This document shows positions 1-12,872 of a DNA stretch of 64,000 nucleotides, piece after piece (the first letter of the stretch is position 1; each line of letters begins with the position of its first letter). A model generated the notes under the pieces. The model did no database searches and was not told the DNA's origin. It worked only from the letters and a program-made list of their open reading frames with translations. Source of the stretch: Macrostomum lignano (taxonomy: Eukaryota); NCBI GenBank assembly GCA_002269645.1, contig NIVC01000655.1:124001-188000 (forward strand), read 5' to 3'. A program made the position numbers and the translations under genes.

Positions 1-78
1 AGTGCCATTTCTGTTCTAGATCAACTCGCAGTATTGGGACTGAGGTCATTAAAAATACTAACTAACCAACCGCCGCAG

Positions 79-186
79 GTGAACCGGCCTCTCGCTCTTC
101 GCAAAGACAGCATCAGGACGAGACAGAGGAAGCCAAAAAATCGCAGAACGACACCGGCGACACCTCAGCCAGTGATGGGCTTTTGA
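79..186 (+). CDS. GATA: Terminal coding exon of a GATA zinc-finger transcription factor (rest of gene upstream of window)
   Basis: After a CTAAC branch site and CGCAG acceptor (77-78) the exon reads VNRPLALRKDSIRTRQRKPKNRR...F*. This matches the basic tail after the C-terminal GATA finger (VNRPLTMKKEGIQTRNRK), at the conserved phase-0 intron position. Not in the ORF track. Confidence 0.85.
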   Translation: MNRPLALRKDSIRTRQRKPKNRRTTPATPQPVMGF

Positions 187-371
187 AATGAATCTGATTT
201 ATTAACAATGAATACTCCACGATAAATTTATTGAATTTATGACCCTGTTTACCGATTGATACATTTTAAATGTGCTCTACATGTACTGCATGTACAACAA
301 CAATGGGAGGGCGCTACACTCGGTTTTCTTAGAAATAGGATTTTTCGTTACCGTTTTTGTCTATGGCAAAA

Positions 372-514
372 CCCCCAGTCAGCTGGGTGAACTGAAGCAA
401 TGCAGAGGAGTAAACTGTCTTGCTCAAGGACACAAATTGTTCCGAGGGGGTCGAGAATCGAACCCCCGACCTTTCAGTCGTGAGTCAGACGCTCTGACCG
501 CTAGGCCACAACCT
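372..514 (-). mobile_element. tRNA-derived SINE with CORE-like central domain (copy 1)
   Basis: Minus strand has A-box TGGCCTAGCGG and B-box GGTTCGATTC, followed by TGTGTCCTTGAGCAAGACA...TTGCTTCAGTTCACCCAGCTG. The anticodon stem does not pair. A second copy lies at about 21.8 kb. Confidence 0.75.
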
Positions 515-1070
515 TATACAGAAATGTAGAATTACAATTTTTTATGTGCCATAAATTTTCAGCGATTTTGTAGCAAGAACTGGCCTTTGGTGTCAATATT
601 TAACAATTAACTGATTCTGCTCACTGTTACATACCGGTACTGTCCATACAGAAAAGCAAAACTTCTCTCATTATTGTCAATGATTTCTTTAATAAATCAT
701 TACTTTTTATTCTGCATTCACTTTGCTTGGTAATGCCATTTTCTGTTACTAACAGTAGTAATAAATGTTCCAAATTCTTCCAATATGGTTTAACTCATTT
801 CCAGTTAGTCCCTAATCTTACTCACCAATATGACTTTTATCACTATTGTGTACACAACCTGCTGCAATCTCTGTGAATTGAAAGCCAAAACTGTAAAAAA
901 ATCTCTATGTAATCTATTTTCATTATTGTTAGTAGTATCCAATGCATCATGCCCGTGTGCATACAACTTCCATGCCAAATAGTTTCATTATTACATACTG
1001 CCAAAAATATATTAAAAAAACAAGGTATGCAATGAAGACATTTTTTCGATTAGTAATTAAATGCTTGAAT

Positions 1071-3010
1071 AGTGTCACTGGATGCTGTCACTCTACATGT
1101 ACAGTGTCACTGGATGCTGTCACTCTACATGTACAGTGTCACTTGATGCTGTCACTACATGTACAGTGTCACTGGATGCTGTCACTCTACATGTACAGTG
1201 TCACTTGATGCTGTCACTCTACATGTACAGTGTCACTGGATGCTGTCACTCTACATGTACAGTGTCACTGGATGCTGTCACTCTTCACGTAAAGTGTCAC
1301 TGGATGCTGTCACTCTTCATGTACAGTGTCACTGGATGCTGTCACTCTTCATGTAAAGTGTCACTGGATGCTGTCACTCTTCATGTAAAGTGTCACTGGA
1401 TGCTGTCACTCTTCACGTAAAGTGTCACTGGATGCTGTCACTCTTCATGTACAGTGTCACTGGATGCTGTCACTCTTCATGTAAAGTGTCACTGGATGCT
1501 GTCACTCTTCATGTAAAGTGTCACTGGATGCTGTCACTCTTCACGTAAAGTGTCACTGGATGCTGTCACTCTTCATGTAAAGTGTCACTGGATGCTGTCA
1601 CTCTACATTTAGAGTGTCACTGGATGCTGTTACTACATGTACAGTCTCAATGGATGCTGTCACTCTTCATGTAAAGTGTCACTGGATGCTGTCACTCTAC
1701 ATGTAAAGTGTCACTGGATGCTGTCACTCTACATTTAGAGTGTCACTGGATGCTGTTACTACATGTACAGTCTCAATGGATGCTGTCACTCTTCATGTAA
1801 AGTGTCACTGGATGCTGTCACTCTACATTTAGAGTGTCACTGGATGCTGTTACTACATGTACAGTCTCAATGGATGCTGTCACTCTTCATGTAAAGTGTC
1901 ACTGGATGCTGTCACTCTACATTTAGAGTGTCACTGGATGCTGTTACTACATGTACAGTCTCAATGGATGCTGTCACTCTTCATGTAAAGTGTCACTGGA
2001 TGCTGTCACTCTACATGTAAAGTGTCACTGGATGCTGTCACTCTTCATGTAAAGTGTCACTGGATGCTGTCACTCTACATTTAAAGTGTCACTGGATGCT
2101 GTCACTCTACATTTAGAGTGTCACTGGATGCTGTTACTACATGTACAGTCTCAATGGATGCTGTCACTCTTCATGTACAGTGTCACTGGATGCTGTCACT
2201 CTACATTTAGAGTGTCACTGGATGCTGTTACTACATGTACAGTCTCAATGGATGCTGTCACTCTTCATGTAAAGTGTCACTGGATGCTGTCACTCTACAT
2301 TTAGAGTGTCACTGGATGCTGTTACTACATGTACAGTCTCAATGGATGCTGTCACTCTTCATGTAAAGTGTCACTGGATGCTGTCACTCTACATTTAGAG
2401 TGTCACTGGATGCTGTTACTACATGTACAGTCTCAATGGATGCTGTCACTCTTCATGTAAAGTGTCACTGGATGCTGTCACTCTACATGTAAAGTGTCAC
2501 TGGATGCTGTCACTCTTCATGTAAAGTGTCACTGGATGCTGTCACTCTACATGTAAAGTGTCACTGGATGCTGTCACTCTACATTTAGAGTGTCACTGGA
2601 TGCTGTTACTACATGTACAGTCTCAATGGATGCTGTCACTCTTCATGTAAAGTGTCACTGGATGCTGTCACTCTACATGTAAAGTGTCAATGGATGCTGT
2701 CACTCTTCATGTAGTGTCACTGGATGCTGTCACTCTACATGTAAAGTGTCACTGGATGCTGTCACTCTTCATGTAAAGTGTCACTGGATGCTGTCACTCT
2801 ACATGTAAAGTGTCAATGGATGCTGTCACTCTTCATGTAGTGTCACTGGATGCTGTCACTCTACATGTAAAGTGTCAATGGATGCTGTCACTCTTCATGT
2901 AGTGTCACTGGATGCTGTCACTCTACATTTAGAGTGTCACTGGATGCTGTCACTCTTCATGTAAAGTGTCACTGGATGCTGTCACTCTTCATGTAGATAT
3001 CACTGGATGC
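1071..3010. repeat. 32-bp minisatellite, about 60 copies (GTGTCACTGGATGCTGTCACTCTACATGTACA and variants)
   Basis: Direct periodicity. A plus-strand AAG|GTATGC donor at 1025 and AG acceptors near 3047/3060 bracket it. Confidence 0.95.
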
Positions 3011-3139
3011 CATAAAGCGTCTAAGACAAAAATATACAAGCTGTTAGCGATCAGAATCAGCAATGCAATATTTTGATTTCAACACGCACGCGAACAACAG
3101 GAGTCCCAGCATTAACAGGTCAAATACGAATTGCAACTC

Positions 3140-5852
<2,713 letters not shown>

Positions 5853-6319
5853 TGTTTCTATTCGCGCTTAAGGATGAAGGATTTAGACAATGGTACTTCC
5901 TAAAAGTTATCGAAGGATTAGTGCTCGTAGTATCCGCTTAGCATCGTCAAGGAAACTTCTGCTTTACCATAGACAAAACTCTTAAACTTCCTGTAGGTTA
6001 GCAGCACTATACCATTTTACCAGTGTCCTATTTCTTGGTAAGAAAAGTGCATTTAATTTAGTACACGAATGCACTAAACTGACCCATCCGAATGCCATAG
6101 ACAATGCAGTGAATTTGCAAATTGCAGCAAATTCCAACTTTATTAAAAAGCAAGATGGACATAATCCTGCCCGTTCCCCGTGTGCGTCAATAAGGCGGGC
6201 TCTGTCTCCACCAGACACTCGTCCGTTTGGCCCTCAGGGTTCGACCTCAGCATCTGGCGTCACCGATTTCTTCTTCAATATCTCCCTGCTTCTTCGAACA
6301 TCTCCTCGTCCCTTCGTTC

Positions 6320-6376
6320 TTCTTCGTCTTCTTCTTCTTCTTCTTCTTCTTCGTCTTCTTCTTCTTCTTCTTCTTC
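6320..6376. repeat. (CTT)n microsatellite between the divergent SLC6-like genes
   Basis: Direct. Confidence 0.85.
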
Positions 6377-6905
6377 GTCCATACACTAGAAAACAGCGTA
6401 CCAAAAAGTTGTGCTGAATTTTAATATTATAGGATAGCCGTTAAAGTAGTATATAGCGCTTGAGATTTGTTTTTGCGGGCGTCAATGTAGTATAAAACCA
6501 CTTCATTAATCATTAAAATGGTTTCCGGTATGCCGACAGACGTTATCAGAGTCGAACAGCCGATATTTGAAGGAGATCGAGCTAATCTCTCGAGAGGAGA
6601 TTACCCGACATTTTGAACAGCTAAATCAGCTTGAACGTGCGTGAGGACCCTCTTTTCTTCTATTGACTTACTTGTATTTTTCAAGCAACACTGTATTCGT
6701 CAGTTTTTCAATTTCTACTTTGCTTTGGTTGTGCCGATCGAGTCTGTTGAACTAAGAAAATTTCCATAGACAATTTGAGACAACAAGAGACACACTGACG
6801 ACCTCGAAAATGCTATAGGGCTGATGCCCTTGAAAATAAGGACAACAGAGCACAGCTTCTATAGTGTAAATATTACACTTTTTTCATTCGGACACCAGTA
6901 AAAAC

Positions 6906-9900
6906 ATGGTAAAGCTTTTCGATAAAGGCTTCGACTTCTTTGCATTCAACGTGTATTATTGTGTCGGCTTCTTCGACATGTTCCTTGTGCCCGCGAGCGC
7001 CTACGAGTACGGCGGCGCCTCCTTCCTGGGTCTCTACTCCATTATTGTGCTGCTGTTCGGCATCCCAGCATTCGCCGAGGAGAGCTCCTACCTCATGGTC
7101 GACGATTCCAGGAACCGGAGCCCGAAGTTCAGGAAGTGGCTCCTCTGCTACGAGGCCATCTCGCTGATGCAGATCACCCAGCTGGCGGTCGGCGAGGCGC
7201 ACAATAAGATCGTGGTCACCATGACGCAATTCTTCACTCTAGTCGCTCCGCGCAGCGCTGAGCTGCTGCCTCTCTACTCCGACAACTGCCGCATCTACAC
7301 CAAGCAGATTCAGCAAGACAACGGCTCGGCATCAATTAGCGCCATCAACATGGGAGAGGCCAGCAAGGATTCTGAGCAGCAGGAGCTCCGCCTGCTGCAG
7401 CCGTCCTGCCTGGTGCGGGACAGAAGCGAGGTGGCCTGCACGATCCACGCCCTGTTCAGCGACCCTGGCAGCATATTCTTCTACACAATGTGCATGATGT
7501 CCGTTTTAATGTTGGTCTACGCTCTGCTCTTCGGCCGGTCCATGCCGACCTACGGAGCCATCGGGCGCGTCTACATCGCCCTGGTAGTGCTGTGCGTTTT
7601 CACTCTGCTGCTGCACTTTGTTGGCAGGCCGTTGAGCGGCGCAAACGAGAAGAAAGAGAATCCCCATCTGATACAGTCGTTCGACAAATCTCTGACTAAC
7701 GCTCTGCTATTCTCCTCCCATAGCCTGGGCGTGATGGGATTCAGCATCAGCATCATCGGATCCCGGGCTGGCCCGCCAGTTCGCAGGAACTTCGTGTCCC
7801 TGTCGGTTCTGGTGTGCCTGGTGGACACCGCCATGGCCTGCACATTTTCCGGACTCAACTATCTGCGCCAGGCCGCTGTGGAGCACCTCTGCAGCAGCGA
7901 TAGCGGCGCCAGAATTGACACCAGCCAGTTCATGTCCATGCCGGACATGACGCCGGCCCTATTCAACAGCAGCCGTTTTGTATTCAAAGAGGCGTCTCTC
8001 AGGGGAGCTCTGCTGGTTGGCGAGTCGGTGCTGATGTTTCGCGAGACCACCGGCTCCGTGCCCTGGATTGTGTACCTGCCGTTCCAGGTGAGCTTGAACA
8101 AGATGACACAGCTCAGAGTCAAATGACACAGCTCAGAGTCAAATGGCATAGCCCAGAGTCAAATGACATAGCTCAGAGTCAAATGGCATAGCTCAGAGTC
8201 AAATGACATAGCTCAGAGTCAAATGGCATAGCTCAGAGTCAAATGGCATAGCTCAGAGTCAAATGGCATAGCTCAGAGTCAAATGGCACAGGTCAGGGTC
8301 AAATGGCATAGCTCAGAGTCAAATGGCATAGCTCAGAGTCAAATGGCACAGCTCAGAGTCAAATGGCATAGCTCAGAGTCAAATGGCATAGCTCAGAGTC
8401 AAATGGCACAGGTCAGGGTCAAATGGCATAGCTCAGAGTCAAATGGCATAGCTCAGAGTCAAATGGCATAGCTCAGAGTCAAATCGCATAGCCCAGAGTC
8501 AAATGACATAGTTCAGAGTCAAATGGCACAGCTCAGAGTCAAATGGCATAGCTCAGAGTCAAATGGCATAGCTCAGAGTCAAATGGCATAGTTCAGAGTC
8601 AAATCGCATAGCCCAGAGTCAAATGACATAGTTCAGAGTCAAATGGCACAGCTCAGAGTCAAATGGCACAGCTCAGAGTCAAATGGCATAGCTCAGAGTC
8701 AAATGGCATAGCTCAGAGTCAAGATTTGTAGAACTCAAAGTCATTCAAGATATACTAGATCAATTACCATATCAATGCAGACTTCACACCGTGATTTATT
8801 AACAAATATTTATCGGACATTTTCAGATACTGTTCTTGCTCGTCAGCTTGATGCTCTCATGCGCTTACTTGCTGACTAGCGATTTCCAGGCATTGCGAAT
8901 ATCAAATACTCGCCCCAATCTAGTGCTAGTGCTGGTGCTGGTGCGGTTTGCTGCAGTGATCAGTCTGCACCTGCTCAGCTTGAACAGTCTGATGCAACAT
9001 CTGGAGGCCTACAGTTGGACCTGTGTGCAGTTGTTCTTTCCAGTAGTGAAGATTTTCGACTGCATCAGTATTCATTTGAGCACTGTGAGTACACTGTGTA
9101 TAGTTGTGAATTACTATGCTCTCGGTGAAATATATGCCTACAATAAAGCTGCTTTGCAGAGGGTTACCAATTCCCCCCGTAAGCCGACATCTCAGCAATT
9201 CCCCTCCGTAAGCCAGGAAAACAAAATATGATTGCAGGGACATCAGGACGTAGATTACTCCGGTTGCTAGGGACGATAATAAGGATATGGTTGCTAGGGA
9301 CCCTCGAAAGTACACGCTAGAAAGGAGACGGTTGCTACGGCCCCTAGAACGTACATGGTCTATAGGGACCCTCGAAAGCACATGGTTGCTATGGACCCTC
9401 GAAAGTACATGGTTGTTATGGACCCTCGAAAGTACATGGTTGCTAGGGACGCTAGAAACGACACGGTTGCTAGGGACGCTAGAAATGACACGGTTGCTAA
9501 GGGACCCTAAAAAGTACATGGCTGCTAGGGACGCTAGAAAGGACGCGGTTGCTAGGGACCCTAAAAAGCACATGGTTGCTAGGGTCCCTAGAAATTAGAT
9601 GGTTGCTAGGACCCCTAGACAGTACATGGTTGCTAGGCCTACTAGTGAGGTGTCAAGCCCATAAACGTGAACCTGAAACTATCGTGCATCTCATCGTGGC
9701 TAATCCAGGGATTCCAAGGGTACATTGAAGATCGGCGACGCCTCCTGCCCAGCGAGAACTCGGTGCAGCTGTTCATCTTCAACTGGTACATCGCGCCAGT
9801 ATCTGTATACCTATACCACTTTGGCTATCCGCTAATGCTAGTAATCTTGGTTATATTTTATCAGAACACAATCATATCGATTGATTTCTGCGTGTTCTTC

Positions 9901-9960
9901 GTCTGTTTCAACGTACTGCCGGGACTGTTGATAGCGTTTTGTATATTTTATTATGGCTGA
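6906..9960 (+). CDS. Divergent SLC6/NSS-like transporter, paralog B; exons 6906-8087, 8827-9207, 9709-9960
   Basis: Colinear with paralog A, including intron positions (YLPFQ|, |GF). Donors GTGAGC at 8088 and GTAAGC at 9208, acceptors TTTCAG at 8826 and TCCAG at 9708, all phase 0. Confidence 0.7.
8100..8722. repeat. 20-bp minisatellite (CACAGCTCAGAGTCAAATGG), about 31 copies, intron 1 of SLC6-like B
   Basis: Direct; starts about 12 nt after the donor. Confidence 0.95.
9260..9640. repeat. Degenerate ~22-24-bp minisatellite (ACATGGTTGCTAGGGACCCTAGAA-like), intron 2 of SLC6-like B
   Basis: Direct; units are diverged. Confidence 0.85.
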
Positions 9961-10304
9961 TTAATAACCCGCTGTTTGATAACTTGCAAACTCGGCTTAT
10001 AATATTGAATGATTAATTAAATCATATTGAAAGAATTTGGTTGCAAAGTTTAATGAGCACTAATTGCTTAAGATAATAATTATAATAAGATAGAGTGACG
10101 TGGACTAACAATTATATTTGAATGGCTGCAATTAACTTATGTTAATATTGAAAGGATTCTTATAGTTACCCCATTTTTTTACAATGCTAAAAGACAAACC
10201 AAGAGCGTTATTATAAGAGTACACAGTGCACCAGGGATCGGCCACTCTCGGGTCCTTTGAAACTTCACAATAGTAATCCTTGATGTGGGCCAAGGTTTGT
10301 CTCT

Positions 10305-11150
10305 TCTCAGCTTTCTCTCTTTTCTCCCCTCTCCTTTCTCCTCTCTCCCCTCTTCTTTCTCCACTCTCCCCTCTCCTTTCTCCTCTCCCCTCTCTCCTTT
10401 CTCCTCTCTCCCCTCTCCTTTCTCCTCTCCCCTCTCTCCTTTCTCCTCTCCCCTCTCTCCTTTCTCCTCTCCCCTCTCTCCTTTCTCCACTCTCCCCTCT
10501 CCTTTCTCCACTCTCCCCTCTCCTTTCTCCTCTCCCCTCTCTTCTTTCTCCACTCTCCCCTCTCCTTTCTCCTCTCTCCCCTCTCCTTTCTCCACTCTCC
10601 CCTCTCTCATTTCTCCTCTCCCCTCTCTCCTTTCTCCACTCTCCCCTCTCTTCTTTCTCCACTCTCCCCTCTCCTTTCTCCTCTCTCCCCTCTCCTCTCT
10701 CCCCTCTCCTCTCTCCCCTCCCCTTTCTCCACTCTCCCCTCTCTCATTTCTCCTCTCCCCTCTCTCCTTTCTCCACTCTCCCCTCTCTCCTCGCCTTTCT
10801 CCTCTCTCCTTTCTCCTCTCTCCCCTCTCTCCTCTCCCCTGTCCCATTTCTCCTCTCCTTTCTCCTCTCTCCCCTCTCCTTTCTCCTCTCTCCCCTCTCC
10901 CCTCTCCTTTCTCCCCTCTCCTTTCTCCACTCTCCCCTCTCTCATTTCTCCTCTCCCCTCTCTCCTTTCTCCACTCTCCCCTCTCTCCTCTCCTTTCTCC
11001 TCTCTCCCCTCTCCTTTCTTCACTCTCCCTCTCTCCTCTCCTTTCTCCTCTCTCCCCTCGCCTTTCTCCACTCTCCCCTCTCTCCTTTCTCCTCTTTCCC
11101 CTCTCCCCTCTCCTCTCTCCCCTCTCCTTTCTCCTCTCCCTTCTCTTCTA
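10305..11150. repeat. CT-rich ~21-bp minisatellite, probably in a 3'-UTR intron of SLC6-like B
   Basis: Direct periodicity. Bracketed by a CAAG|GTTTGT donor (~10294) and a CCCGCAG acceptor (~11234), with AATAAA at ~11266. Confidence 0.85.
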
Positions 11151-11386
11151 TATTTTTTATCATTCTATCTCTCACCTCACCTCTCTTCTTTCATCTTCTA
11201 TTCCGTCCCCTTTCCACTCTCAACTGGCCCGCAGCCATAAGCTGGACTCTATCTGGCATTTGACGTAATAAAAGTTTGCCGACCCTGCAGTACACAGCGA
11301 AACTGAACGCTAATTTTATAAATGCGTAATCAAAATTGTAACAACAATGATAGAAGAGATAGTTAGCTCGCAATGCTTGAAGGAGT

Positions 11387-11806
11387 TCACAACTGGAAGC
11401 TGATCTTCGTGCGCAGATCCTCCAGTATCTGGTTGAGATCTTCGTCCTCAAATCGACCAGCTAAGCTGGGAATCAGCGCTTTGGCCTCCTCGGCTGTCTC
11501 CGGGCACAAGTTAGCGATGGCCGCTAATTCGAAATTATGCAGCTTCTTGCCCTGCAGCAGGTCGCGCACAGCGCTAATGGTCTCTTCGTTGTTGAACTTG
11601 GCGAATCGCTGGCAATAGTTGAGGGTTTTCGTCTCCACTTCGCTGGGCTCAAGTTCTTCTTCGCGCTGCTCGTTAGCGGCTTTGCGCTTCTCGAGAATCT
11701 GCCTGACCTCAGACACTGTGAGGGTCTGCGCCTTGTCGAACTCAAGCGGAAAGCGAAGCTCGCTGGCGTCCTCTTCGGGCACCTCGTTGGGGAGAGGCTG
11801 ACTCAT
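11387..11806 (-). CDS. POLR2D: RNA polymerase II subunit RPB4, intronless CDS, 139 aa
   Basis: [20 protein letters not shown] and [24 protein letters not shown] are RPB4 signatures. Confidence 0.97.
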   Translation of the reverse strand: MSQPLPNEVPEEDASELRFPLEFDKAQTLTVSEVRQILEKRKAANEQREEELEPSEVETKTLNYCQRFAKFNNEETISAVRDLLQGKKLHNFELAAIANLCPETAEEAKALIPSLAGRFEDEDLNQILEDLRTKISFQL

Positions 11807-11847
11807 GATGACGCTGAGATGGCTGGAGCTGCAGGTGAAGATGAGGA

Positions 11848-12462
11848 CTTCTGTGGGTCAGACAGGGCTGCTCTCTGATGCTGCTGTGGGTCAGACAGGG
11901 CTGCTCTCTGATGCTGCTGTGGGTCAGACAGGGCTGCTCTCTGATGCTGCTGTGGGTCAGACAGGGCTGCTCTCTGATGCTGCTGTGGGTCAGGGCTGCT
12001 CTCTGATGCTGCTGTGGGTCAGGGCTGCTCTCTGATGCTGCTGTGGGTCAGGGCTGCTCTCTGATGCTGTGTGGGTCAGACAGGGCTGCTCTCTGATGCT
12101 GTGTGGGTCAGACAGGGCTGCTCTCTGATGCTGCTGTGGGTCAGACAGGGCTGCTCTCTGATGCTGCTGTGGGTCAGACAGGGCTGCTCTCTGATGCTGC
12201 TGTGGGTCAGACAGGGCTGCTCTCTGATGCTGCTGTGGGTCAGACAGGGCTGCTCTCTGATGCTGCTGTGGGTCAGACAGGGCTGCTCTCTGATGCTGCT
12301 GTGGGTCAGACAGGGCTGCTCTCTGATGCTGCTGTGGGTCAGACAGGGCTGCTCTCTGATGCTGCTGTGGGTCAGGGCTGCTCTCTGATGCTGCTGTGGG
12401 TCAGGGCTGCTCTCTGATGCTGCAGTGAGTCAGGGCTGCTCTCTGATGCTGCAGTGAGTCAG
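11848..12462. repeat. 33-bp minisatellite (GTGGGTCAGACAGGGCTGCTCTCTGATGCTGCT) between the RING gene 3' end and the POLR2D acceptor
   Basis: Direct. Confidence 0.95.
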
Positions 12463-12872
12463 GACTAGTTCCTAAATAAGTTAGAAAACAAGATCAGAGT
12501 AAAAAAATCGACAAATAGAAGAATTTATTTATTAAAATTTATTAGAGACAGACACGGTTGAATTAAAACAGTAGCGTTACGGAGTTCGACTTTGGAATTA
12601 TGCCAATTTCCAAAGCACACAGCAAGAATAGCGCGTTATTTTTGAAAATTTACTTTAAACACAACTTGGTGGCTTTAAAAATCACAAGTATCTCGAAAGA
12701 TTGATCAGTGGCACCTTGAATATATTCTCATATTTACGAAAAATATCTTTCGAACACAGATTTACTGGCGATGTTAGCAAATGGAAGACTAAACTGAACG
12801 GTAATGAGCATGTTTACAACAAAGGAAAAGTTCAAATTTGAGACTGACACACAAACTTTTTGGCCGTCAGAT

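Noticed and set aside
440-514. tRNA-Val(CAC)-like gene
   Set aside because: The anticodon stem does not pair and it runs into a SINE body that has a second copy in the window.
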